Positions 24,896 through 32,000 of a stretch of 32,000 bases of DNA are shown piece after piece. A model generated the notes under the pieces. That model was not told the DNA's origin and did no database searches. It saw only the letters and a program-made list of their open reading frames with translations. Each line of letters begins with the position of its first letter. Position 1 is the stretch's first letter. The DNA lies in NCBI RefSeq assembly GCF_000270205.1, contig NC_015913.1, positions 540,001 to 572,000 of the forward strand, read 5' to 3'. The position numbers and the translations under genes are program-made. The DNA is from Candidatus Arthromitus sp. SFB-mouse-Japan. GTDB lineage: Bacteria; Bacillota; Clostridia; Clostridiales; Clostridiaceae.

Positions 24896-24993
24896 TTTAT
24901 CACCCTAATTTTTATTAGAAATTCTACTTATAATTATTTTAACATATTTGGGTTATGGTGTTCAAAAATAAAATTAAAAATAAGCGTTTATTT

Positions 24994-25004
24994 TGTGGTA
25001 AAAT
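24994..25004 (+). promoter_or_regulatory. Putative extended -10 promoter element (TGTGgTAAAAT) upstream of the MATE gene
   Basis: TGTG (24994-24997), g, then TAAAAT (24999-25004). This is the same TRTG-n-TAnAAT form as upstream of recJ. No convincing -35 is present. It lies 45 nt upstream of the TTG start. Confidence 0.3.
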
Positions 25005-25048
25005 ATCGTAAGGCATATTTTTAAACAATTTATTGGAGGTTATTAATT

Positions 25049-26404
25049 TTGTTTTTTGTAAAGGATAAGAATTTCTATAGGAAAATATTAACTATAGCTG
25101 TGCCTATAACATTACAAAGTCTTATAACTTTTGCAACTAATATGATGGATACAATAATGGTTGGAAGTCTTGGTGAGATAGCTTTGTCGGCAGCATCATT
25201 ATCAGGACAGATTTTTTTTGTATTGAGTGTTTTATGTTTTGGTATAGGTGGAGGAGGAGCAGTTTTAACTTCTCAGTTTTGGGGTAAAAAAGATATTAGT
25301 TCAATTTCAAAAACATTATCGATAACGATTAAGTTAAGTTTAGTGGTTGGAATTATAGCCATGATACTTGCTTTAACTATGCCAGATAAATTACTCGGAT
25401 TTTATATAAATGATTCAGCGGTTATACAGGCTGGAGTTTCTTATTTAAAATTGGCATCTCTTATTTATCCGATTTTTGCTGTATTAACTATAACATCAAT
25501 AATACTCAGAACTACATCTCAAATTAAAATTTCTGTTTTGGGAAATAGCGTAGCATTTGTACTTAATGTGTTTTTCAATTATATTTTTATATTTGGTAAA
25601 TTTGGAATGCCACAGATGGGTTTAACGGGAGCAGCGGTTGGTACAGTAATTTCAAGGATTGTTGAATTCTGTATAATAATGGGATATTTATTTTTTGTAG
25701 ATAAAAAAATACAATTCAGATTTAAGGATTTAATTAGTTTTGACAAATTGATATTTGTAAAATATCTTAGGAGTGGTATTAATGTTCTTATAAGCGATGC
25801 ACTATTAGTTGCAGGACTTACAAGTCTTACAATGATATTAGGAAGGCTTGGACCTGAAATGATTGCAGCAAATAGTATTTGTAGTATAGTAATTCAACTT
25901 TCGACGGTATTTATAAATGGAATATCAAGTTCAGGACTTGTTATAATAGGAAATACAATTGGAGAAGGGAAATTTTCGCTTGCGAAGGAGCAATCTAGGA
26001 CGTTCTTATTAATTTCTATAATAGTTGGAATAATAGCATCTTTATTAATTATTATAATGAAACATTTCATTATAGATTTTTATAATGTTGAACAAGTAAC
26101 AAAGGACATAGCTCATGAATTAATGAATGGGGCAATATTTATTATAATTTTCCAAGTTCCATCTTCTGTATTAACGAAAGGTATTTTGCGTGGAGGAGGA
26201 GATACAAAATTTTTGGTATTTGCTGATGTTTTGTTTTTATGGCTATTATCAATACCACTTGGTATGTTAGCAGCATTTGTGTTTAAATTTTCACCAGCTT
26301 TTATATATATTTGCTTGAAATTTGATGAAATAATAAAGGCCATTTGGTGTAGCGTAAGAATGATTGGTAATAAATGGATTAAAGATGTTACTGTAAAAAA
26401 TTAA
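25049..26404 (+). CDS. MATE-family multidrug/oligosaccharide efflux transporter
   Basis: 451 aa. TTG start 8 nt after GGAGG (25036-25040). About 12 hydrophobic segments. N-terminal ILTIAVPITLQSLITFATNMMDTIMVGSLGEIALSAASL is typical of MATE (MatE repeat). Confidence 0.85.
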   Translation: MFFVKDKNFYRKILTIAVPITLQSLITFATNMMDTIMVGSLGEIALSAASLSGQIFFVLSVLCFGIGGGGAVLTSQFWGKKDISSISKTLSITIKLSLVVGIIAMILALTMPDKLLGFYINDSAVIQAGVSYLKLASLIYPIFAVLTITSIILRTTSQIKISVLGNSVAFVLNVFFNYIFIFGKFGMPQMGLTGAAVGTVISRIVEFCIIMGYLFFVDKKIQFRFKDLISFDKLIFVKYLRSGINVLISDALLVAGLTSLTMILGRLGPEMIAANSICSIVIQLSTVFINGISSSGLVIIGNTIGEGKFSLAKEQSRTFLLISIIVGIIASLLIIIMKHFIIDFYNVEQVTKDIAHELMNGAIFIIIFQVPSSVLTKGILRGGGDTKFLVFADVLFLWLLSIPLGMLAAFVFKFSPAFIYICLKFDEIIKAIWCSVRMIGNKWIKDVTVKN

Positions 26405-26431
26405 TGTACTTTAATTAGAGAAGGGATTTAT

Positions 26432-27136
26432 ATGGGATGTTTATTTAGGATAATTAAATCATTCATAGTGGTATCATTATTTGTTATTATTTTAGTTCTA
26501 GCGAGAGGTTTTTTATTTTATAAGGATGCATTGGACAAGACGCCTTTAAGTGTTAAAGTGAGTGAGATTACTTCAAACTCAAATTATGTAACTATAGATA
26601 ATATTTCAGATAGTATGAAAAAGTTTATTGTAACTGTTGAAGATAAGAGGTTTTATACACATAGTGGTATTGATATAACCGCAATAGTAAGTTCGATGAT
26701 CAGTAATTTATCTGTTGGATATTATAAATATGGTGGGAGTACGATAACTCAACAATTAGCGAAGAATATGTATTTTTCGAATGATAAGAATATTACGAGG
26801 AAAATTGCTGAAATGTTTACTGCGTTTAAAATTGAAAGAGAGTACTCTAAAGATAAAATTTTGGAAATGTATTTAAATCAGATATATTTTGGACACGGAT
26901 ATTACGGAATAAATTCTGCAAGTTATGGATACTTTGGGGTATCTCCAAAGGATTTAACAAGATATCAATCTTCATTACTTGCTGGTATACCACAATCTCC
27001 TAGCATGTATGATTTAAAAACTAAAAATAAATCAATGGGAAAGCGATATTCAGTTGTTCTTAAGAATTTATTGAAAAATGGGGATATAACAATTGACGAG
27101 GTAAAGAAGTTTGAAGATGATTATAAGGCATCATGA
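26432..27136 (+). CDS. Monofunctional peptidoglycan glycosyltransferase (GT51)
   Basis: 234 aa with an N-terminal membrane anchor. GT51 motifs EDKRFYTHSGID, GGSTITQQLAKN, RKIAEM...E and KILEMYLNQIYFGHGYYGI are present. There is no transpeptidase domain. Confidence 0.9.
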   Translation: MGCLFRIIKSFIVVSLFVIILVLARGFLFYKDALDKTPLSVKVSEITSNSNYVTIDNISDSMKKFIVTVEDKRFYTHSGIDITAIVSSMISNLSVGYYKYGGSTITQQLAKNMYFSNDKNITRKIAEMFTAFKIEREYSKDKILEMYLNQIYFGHGYYGINSASYGYFGVSPKDLTRYQSSLLAGIPQSPSMYDLKTKNKSMGKRYSVVLKNLLKNGDITIDEVKKFEDDYKAS

Positions 27137-27160
27137 TTTGATTCATGATGCCTTTTTATT
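27126..27160 (+). terminator. Rho-independent terminator
   Basis: 11-bp stem aggcatcatga (27126-27136), loop tttgat, tcatgatgcct (27143-27153), then ttttatt. The stop codon lies inside the hairpin. Confidence 0.8.
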
Positions 27161-27225
27161 TATGTTATAATGTAATTGATTTATGTTAACTCATATTTAT
27201 TAGGATAAAATTAAGGAGAATTGAG

Positions 27226-27813
27226 ATGAATTTAAATAAAACTGAGCGAAATATAATTATAGATATTGATAATTACAAAAATAAGTATTTAAATGATCCG
27301 ATTTTTACGAAATACGTAATAGAGTTTTCTGAAAAGGGTGGGGCTACAGCATTTTTAACTAATAATTTTACAAATTTTAAAATATTAAAAGAGTCAACGA
27401 GTTTACCAGTATTTTTTGAAGTTGATAGACAATTTAATGGAATAATAAATATAGATCCTGAATTTTTAATTATAGATATAGTTAACTTTGATGGTATTTA
27501 TGAACAATTAAATGAATTTTTAAATGGAATTAGAGATAAATTTAAGGGAAAAATAATCGGTAAGATTTTTAATAAGAAACAGGCTATATTGGCGTGTAAA
27601 TTATATTTGGATGGTATTTTGATTGATGTATCTGAAAATAATTTTGATAAAGATTTTATAGCCGAAATTTATTTTGATATAAATATATCTGTTATATTAA
27701 GAATTAAATCTTTAGATATAAATAGTTGCAAGGATTTAGTTAAAATTGGTATAAATTACTTTATTTTGGGGGAGGATATAACTAATCCTAATAAAATTCT
27801 GAGTAAGATTTAA
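27226..27813 (+). CDS. Hypothetical protein, with weak resemblance to a ribulose-phosphate-binding TIM-barrel C-terminus
   Basis: 195 aa with RBS aaggaga. The only hint is the C-terminal KIGINYFILGEDITNPNKI, which resembles the G-x-x-x-V-V-G-x-A-I-T-x-P ending of NanE/PyrF-type barrels. The rest is unrecognised. Confidence 0.5.
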   Translation: MNLNKTERNIIIDIDNYKNKYLNDPIFTKYVIEFSEKGGATAFLTNNFTNFKILKESTSLPVFFEVDRQFNGIINIDPEFLIIDIVNFDGIYEQLNEFLNGIRDKFKGKIIGKIFNKKQAILACKLYLDGILIDVSENNFDKDFIAEIYFDINISVILRIKSLDINSCKDLVKIGINYFILGEDITNPNKILSKI

Positions 27814-27814
27814 A

Positions 27815-27852
27815 AAAACTATACTTCTTAACTGAAGTATAGTTTTAATTTT
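27815..27852. terminator. Bidirectional Rho-independent terminator
   Basis: 13-bp stem aaaactatacttc (27815-27827), loop ttaact, gaagtatagtttt (27834-27846). An A7 run lies upstream and a T-rich tail downstream, so both strands read hairpin plus U-tract. It sits between convergent stops at 27811-27813 and 27845-27847. Confidence 0.8.
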
Positions 27853-28351
27853 TTGCTGAACTCATTATCAAAATTTTTAAAACCTTTTCTTTATATATCA
27901 ATTCTGTAATCATATCCAAATTTTTAATTATTTCATCAAATGATATATTCAAATTCAAATATAAATTACTATCAATTATTCGCTTTGATTTTAGAAAATA
28001 TTTTTTATCAAATGAAAAATATTTATTGTTTAATTTAGGTGATGATATATTTTCATTGAAGACGTCTTTATGATTAATGTATAAAAAATCTATTATGTTT
28101 GGATAAAGATCAAATAAAGAAGGATTGTAGAATACTAAATCATTGATCTTAATTCCACAAAATTTTTTATACCCTAGGGTGTACTCATTAGCTGGTATGT
28201 TTTTAAAATATATCTTTACTTCTGAGGTATTATTTAATTTGGCAGCAGACATAATTATATTTTCGATTTCTTCATTTTTGAGGTTATAGGTATTTTTTTC
28301 ATGATTATTGTTACGAATAATTTTGAATTTATAATTTTGATTATTTTGCAT
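27845..28351 (-). CDS. Hypothetical protein
   Basis: 168-aa ORF, extremely Asn/Lys/Ile-rich, with no recognised motif. It is called only from ORF length and its position between a terminator and an intergenic gap. Confidence 0.45.
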   Translation of the reverse strand: MQNNQNYKFKIIRNNNHEKNTYNLKNEEIENIIMSAAKLNNTSEVKIYFKNIPANEYTLGYKKFCGIKINDLVFYNPSLFDLYPNIIDFLYINHKDVFNENISSPKLNNKYFSFDKKYFLKSKRIIDSNLYLNLNISFDEIIKNLDMITELIYKEKVLKILIMSSAKN

Positions 28352-28424
28352 AATTAGTCTCCATATTTTAAAGTAGTATATTAAATATTGTATTTATATT
28401 TTAAAAAAGTATGTAGAGGCATAT

Positions 28425-29156
28425 TTAATTTTTAATATTGACTAGTTCGATTAGTTTTGAAATTATAAGATCAATGAAGATGAAAAAATTACCACTGCAA
28501 TTTAAATTGTATGTTTTCATTAGTTTGTTTTCTGGTAAAAATACAAATAACGAAGCTGAGTTATTTATATTTTTTATCATTGTATTTGATAAAACGATAA
28601 TTGTTTTGTTTGATAATCTCTCTAATGAATTTCTTAGAGCAATATCTCTAATAGAATCAACTATGTAAATGATTAATGGTGCATCTTTATTTTTTGAGTT
28701 TATTTTTAAGGATGATGTTATGCTTGTTTTAATATTTAGGCATTTTAGTTTATCCTCAAAATACTGTGCTATTATTTTATATGATTCTGAAAATAGGAGT
28801 GACACTTCTTTGTATTTGAAGAGGAAATCGGATATTAGATTTATATGGGTTTCGTTGAGATTTTGAATGAAATTGTTTAACAAATCTTTTGATATGTTGT
28901 ACATATTATTTTTATTTGATAGTTCTGCTTTAGAACATTCATTTAGTATAGAAATTAAATTTTCGTAGCTATCCAAGTTTAATTTACTGCAAAATTTATT
29001 TATTGAATATTCGCTTAAGTTTAAAGATAAACTGAGTTCTTTTATATTCATTTGTGAGACGTGTGATATGTTGCATGAAATAAAATTGAATATAAATTTT
29101 TCCTTTTCAGACAGAGAATTAAAAAAGTCTCCAAACATTTCCTTAAATAAATTCAT
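28425..29156 (-). CDS. RpiR-family-like transcriptional regulator (HTH_6 plus a degenerate SIS domain)
   Basis: 243 aa. N-terminal LSEKEKFIFNFISCNISHVSQMNIKELSLSLNLSEYSINKFCSKL matches the RpiR HTH layout. In the C-terminal half, VSLLFSESYKIIAQYFEDKLKCLNIKT sits where SIS domains have I-x-x-G-x-G-x-S, so the glycine/serine phosphosugar loop is not conserved. Confidence 0.55.
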   Translation of the reverse strand: MNLFKEMFGDFFNSLSEKEKFIFNFISCNISHVSQMNIKELSLSLNLSEYSINKFCSKLNLDSYENLISILNECSKAELSNKNNMYNISKDLLNNFIQNLNETHINLISDFLFKYKEVSLLFSESYKIIAQYFEDKLKCLNIKTSITSSLKINSKNKDAPLIIYIVDSIRDIALRNSLERLSNKTIIVLSNTMIKNINNSASLFVFLPENKLMKTYNLNCSGNFFIFIDLIISKLIELVNIKN

Positions 29157-29253
29157 ATTATCACCACCTAGAAAATAATTTTACTCCTAATAAATTTTTA
29201 AAAACTTACGATTTAAAAGTTGATTGATAAATTTTTATTGGGAGGTTTATACG

Positions 29254-29601
29254 ATGAATAGTTTATGTGAACATAAATTGAATAAAAAATTTTTAAAGTA
29301 TGCCCTCCTGCTAGGCGGAGTGGCAATAATTTCATTACACATAGGTAAAAGTATGTTAAAGAAAAAACGTAATGAGCATTCTTATAATTTAATAGATTGC
29401 TATATTTCAAAGATCAATAATTTTGATGATTTGGAAGGTTTGGTTTACAGTAATGGAACCCAAGTTATTTTAGATGAGACGAGTGGAGTAGTATCAATAG
29501 TGTTTATTAATGCTGATGGAAAAGCTGAAATCATTGAGATATCTGATAGCGATTTAAGTGAATTAATTTCTAATAGGTTTTTTGATACAGCTAAGAATTA
29601 A
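29254..29601 (+). CDS. Small single-pass membrane protein, hypothetical
   Basis: ATG at 29254 follows GGGAGG, so the ORF-track start at 29224 is less likely. 115 aa with one hydrophobic helix, FLKYALLLGGVAIISLHIG. No recognised family. Confidence 0.5.
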   Translation: MNSLCEHKLNKKFLKYALLLGGVAIISLHIGKSMLKKKRNEHSYNLIDCYISKINNFDDLEGLVYSNGTQVILDETSGVVSIVFINADGKAEIIEISDSDLSELISNRFFDTAKN

Positions 29602-29670
29602 TTTTATTAGAAATTTTTTATGTTGTAAACCATGCATAAATATTTTAAAATATTTTATAAATGTTTGGAA

Positions 29671-29703
29671 ATTAACCACTATTTTTATAGTGGTTAATTT
29701 TAT
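29671..29703 (+). terminator. Probable Rho-independent terminator
   Basis: 12-bp stem attaaccactat (29671-29682), loop tttt, atagtggttaat (29687-29698), then a short interrupted T-tract. Confidence 0.5.
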
Positions 29704-29723
29704 ATATTTGGAGGAAGAATTTT

Positions 29724-32000
29724 ATGTCAGTTGAGCTATTAGCTCCAGTTGGAAGTTATGAGTCTTTTATCGGTGCAATTAATGAAGGTGCGGATGCTAT
29801 ATATTTGGGGGGTGAAAAATTTTCTGCAAGGGCGAATTGTGAGAAATTTTCAGATGAAGAATTTCAATATATGATTGATTATGCTCATGAATATGAGGTC
29901 AAAGTTTATGTTGCTTTCAATACTCTTATAAAGCAAGAGGAGCTTAAAGAAGCTTTTGAATATGGGTTGAAGTTGTATAACATGGGTGTGGATGCTTTAA
30001 TAGTTCAAGATCCTGGGCTTATATATATGTTTACAAAATTTAAGGAACTTGAGGTTCATGCGTCAACTCAATTAAGTATACATAATTTATTTGGTGCAAA
30101 GTATTTTAAAGATAACGGAATAACTCGTATTGTGGTTGCGAGGGAATTATCTATTGAGGATATAAGAACTATTTCTGAGGAAGTTGAAACTGAGGGATTT
30201 ATTCATGGAGCAATTTGTGTTAGTTATTCGGGTCAATGTACTATGAGTGGACTTATATCAGATAGAAGTGGGAATAGGGGAAGGTGTGCTCAGCCCTGTC
30301 GTATGGAATATTCTTTGATAGATGATAATAGTAAATTTCATAAAACAGGTTTTCTCATGAGTACAAAAGATTTGATGACTATAAATATTTTGCCAAAACT
30401 TTTAAAGGAAACGAAGATTAAATCATTAAAGATTGAGGGAAGAATGAAACGTGGAGAGTATGTTGTGAATACGGTTCGTTCTTATAAGGAAGTAATAAGG
30501 GAGATTGAAAAAAATAAGGAAGTTACAGATTTATATATAAAGAAAAAGGAAGATGATTTATTAAAAGTATTTAATAGAGAGGGATTTACAAATGGATATA
30601 TGCTTGGTTATGAAGGTGAGAAGTTTTTATCTGTAAATAACCCTAAAAATCAAGGCACATATTTAGGAGAGATGTTAAATGATGGATATATTATTTTGAA
30701 GAATGATGTGTCACTTGGAGATGGAATTTCTTCGTTATATGATGGATGTATTTTAACAAAGATACTTTATAATAATGAAAAGGTATCTGTAGGAAAGTCT
30801 GGCATGAAGGTTAAATTATTTCCAACGAGATTTTCAAAAGGAGATAAAATTTTTAAGACTAATGATCAAAAATTTGAGAGAGAATTGAGGGAGAGTTTTA
30901 AAAAAGAATATGTAAATAAAAATTATGTTAATGCTAATTTTGTATTTGAAGTTAATAAACCTATGACTTTAGAACTTAAATATAAGGGTTATAGGGTGAA
31001 AGTATTTGGTGGGGTTGTTGATGAAGCCATAAATACTCCTTTAGACAGAGATAGGATTATAACTCAGTTAAAGAAAGGAAGTATTGGAAGCTTTTCTATA
31101 GGTGAGGTTAGTTTGAATTACCAGGAGGGATATATAAATATTTCAAAGATAAATGAATTAAGAAGAGAGTCTCTAACTAAGTTAAGAGATAAGGTGGTTA
31201 ATAGTTATCACAATAATTTTGAATTTAGTTTTGATGAAAATTTTTTAGCTGATAAAAAAGATATTCAAAATGATGATGAAAGTTATATTATTTATGTTTC
31301 AACTCAAGAACAGTTTAATGTTGTTTATGAAAATGGATATAGAAATATTATAATATCTCCTTTTATATATAGAAGAAAATTAGACTTTGAAAGTATTTTA
31401 TCGAAGGGTGATTTAAATTTATATGTGAAATTTCCAACAATAATAAAAGATAGTGAAATGGAAAAAATATTTAGAGTATTTGAAAAATTTAAAGATAGTA
31501 TAAAAGGAATTTTAACAAGTAATGCAGGTATACTTAGACATTTTAGAGGTTCAGACTATGAAATAATAGGAGATGTTAAACTAAATGTATTCAATGAAGT
31601 TTCAACTAGATTTTATAAAGAAATAGATATTTTTACAATAAGTGTGGAACTGTCTAGGAAAGAAATATTTGATTTATCTACGATAAGCGATAAAAAACTT
31701 TGTATGTTTGTTTACGGGAAGACGGACATAATGGTTAGTGAATATTGTCCAATAGGAACATTTGTAGGGAAAAGGTCTTTAAATAATAAGTGTTCACGAC
31801 CTTGTACTAGGGACAATTTTTATTTAAAAGACAGGGTTAATAATAAGCTACTTTTAACAACGGAAATTAATTGTAAAATTCATACATATAAAGAGAAACC
31901 TATTGATTTAATAAGTCAGATTAATGAGATTAAAAATAAAAATATAAATGTTTTTAGGTTAGATTTTATTGATGAAAGTTGTGAAGATGTTCAGAAAATA
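29724..32000 (+). CDS. Peptidase U32 family protein, long form, 3'-truncated by the window edge
   Basis: Not in the ORF track because there is no stop in the window. ATG at 29724 lies 8 nt after GGAGGA. My manual translation is open for all 759 codons to nt 32000. It begins MSVELLAPVGSYESFIGAINEGADAIYLGGEKFSARA. It contains the U32 signature EGFIHGAICVSYSGQCTMS...GNRGRCAQPCR, and a second Cys cluster near the end (CMFVYGKTDIMVSEYCPIG...CSRPC). Confidence 0.85.
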   Translation, partial: MSVELLAPVGSYESFIGAINEGADAIYLGGEKFSARANCEKFSDEEFQYMIDYAHEYEVKVYVAFNTLIKQEELKEAFEYGLKLYNMGVDALIVQDPGLIYMFTKFKELEVHASTQLSIHNLFGAKYFKDNGITRIVVARELSIEDIRTISEEVETEGFIHGAICVSYSGQCTMSGLISDRSGNRGRCAQPCRMEYSLIDDNSKFHKTGFLMSTKDLMTINILPKLLKETKIKSLKIEGRMKRGEYVVNTVRSYKEVIREIEKNKEVTDLYIKKKEDDLLKVFNREGFTNGYMLGYEGEKFLSVNNPKNQGTYLGEMLNDGYIILKNDVSLGDGISSLYDGCILTKILYNNEKVSVGKSGMKVKLFPTRFSKGDKIFKTNDQKFERELRESFKKEYVNKNYVNANFVFEVNKPMTLELKYKGYRVKVFGGVVDEAINTPLDRDRIITQLKKGSIGSFSIGEVSLNYQEGYINISKINELRRESLTKLRDKVVNSYHNNFEFSFDENFLADKKDIQNDDESYIIYVSTQEQFNVVYENGYRNIIISPFIYRRKLDFESILSKGDLNLYVKFPTIIKDSEMEKIFRVFEKFKDSIKGILTSNAGILRHFRGSDYEIIGDVKLNVFNEVSTRFYKEIDIFTISVELSRKEIFDLSTISDKKLCMFVYGKTDIMVSEYCPIGTFVGKRSLNNKCSRPCTRDNFYLKDRVNNKLLLTTEINCKIHTYKEKPIDLISQINEIKNKNINVFRLDFIDESCEDVQKI

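Noticed and set aside
24717-24908. 63-aa plus-strand ORF inside the CDF-like gene.
   Set aside because: It is antisense to a 302-aa membrane-protein ORF with a proper RBS and terminator, and it has no features of its own.
26113-26343. 76-aa minus-strand ORF inside the MATE gene.
   Set aside because: It is an antisense shadow ORF within a well-supported 12-TM transporter gene.
28438-28866. Two plus-strand ORFs (76 and 65 aa) inside the RpiR-like gene.
   Set aside because: They are antisense to the longer ORF that carries an RpiR-type HTH, and they have no RBS.
29213-29410. 65-aa minus-strand ORF overlapping the small membrane-protein gene.
   Set aside because: The plus-strand ORF has a GGGAGG RBS and a transmembrane helix. 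The minus-strand ORF has neither.
1-32000. Search for tRNA, rRNA, riboswitch or other structured RNA in the intergenic gaps (1514-1654, 2480-2677, 3230-3462, 4570-4667, 22625-22790, 24896-25048 and 29602-23).
   Set aside because: The gaps are short and extremely AT-rich. The only convincing structures are the terminator hairpins listed above. I saw no cloverleaf-like or GC-rich conserved cores by eye, but a covariance-model scan (Infernal/Rfam, tRNAscan-SE) would be needed to exclude them formally.

Overview
This is a strongly AT-rich chromosomal segment, most consistent with an endospore-forming Clostridia-like Firmicute. Support: a CotS-like coat protein, rubrerythrin, an orphan PAS histidine kinase, GGAGG-type ribosome-binding sites, frequent TTG/GTG starts and very Asn/Ile/Lys-rich proteins. 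I found no rRNA, tRNA, CRISPR array, integrase or transposase. Recognisable housekeeping genes are recJ, a soluble PAS histidine kinase, murG, zapA, rubrerythrin, a CDF-like transporter, a MATE efflux pump, a monofunctional GT51 transglycosylase, an RpiR-like regulator and a long U32 peptidase. The U32 gene runs off the 3' edge and is absent from the supplied ORF track. The main feature is a two-gene operon at 12111-22624, one third of the window. It encodes paralogous giant secreted proteins of 1461 aa and about 2034 aa. Each has 11 modules of about 100 aa in two alternating flavours, a conserved pre-terminal module and a twin-motif DUF4214-like C-terminus ending MGI[AL]W. I recognise no anchor or catalytic domain in either, so this is the best candidate for an uncharacterised surface or fibril system. 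Other points of interest: a low-molecular-weight tyrosine phosphatase split by a +1 frameshift in an A7 tract; a signal-peptide ORF cut off from an internally duplicated protein by one in-frame TAA; a CotS-like protein with degenerate catalytic motifs; an isolated phage-type DUF2815 gene; and an RpiR-like regulator with a degenerate SIS motif among unknown genes. All family assignments come from motifs read by eye, not from database searches.
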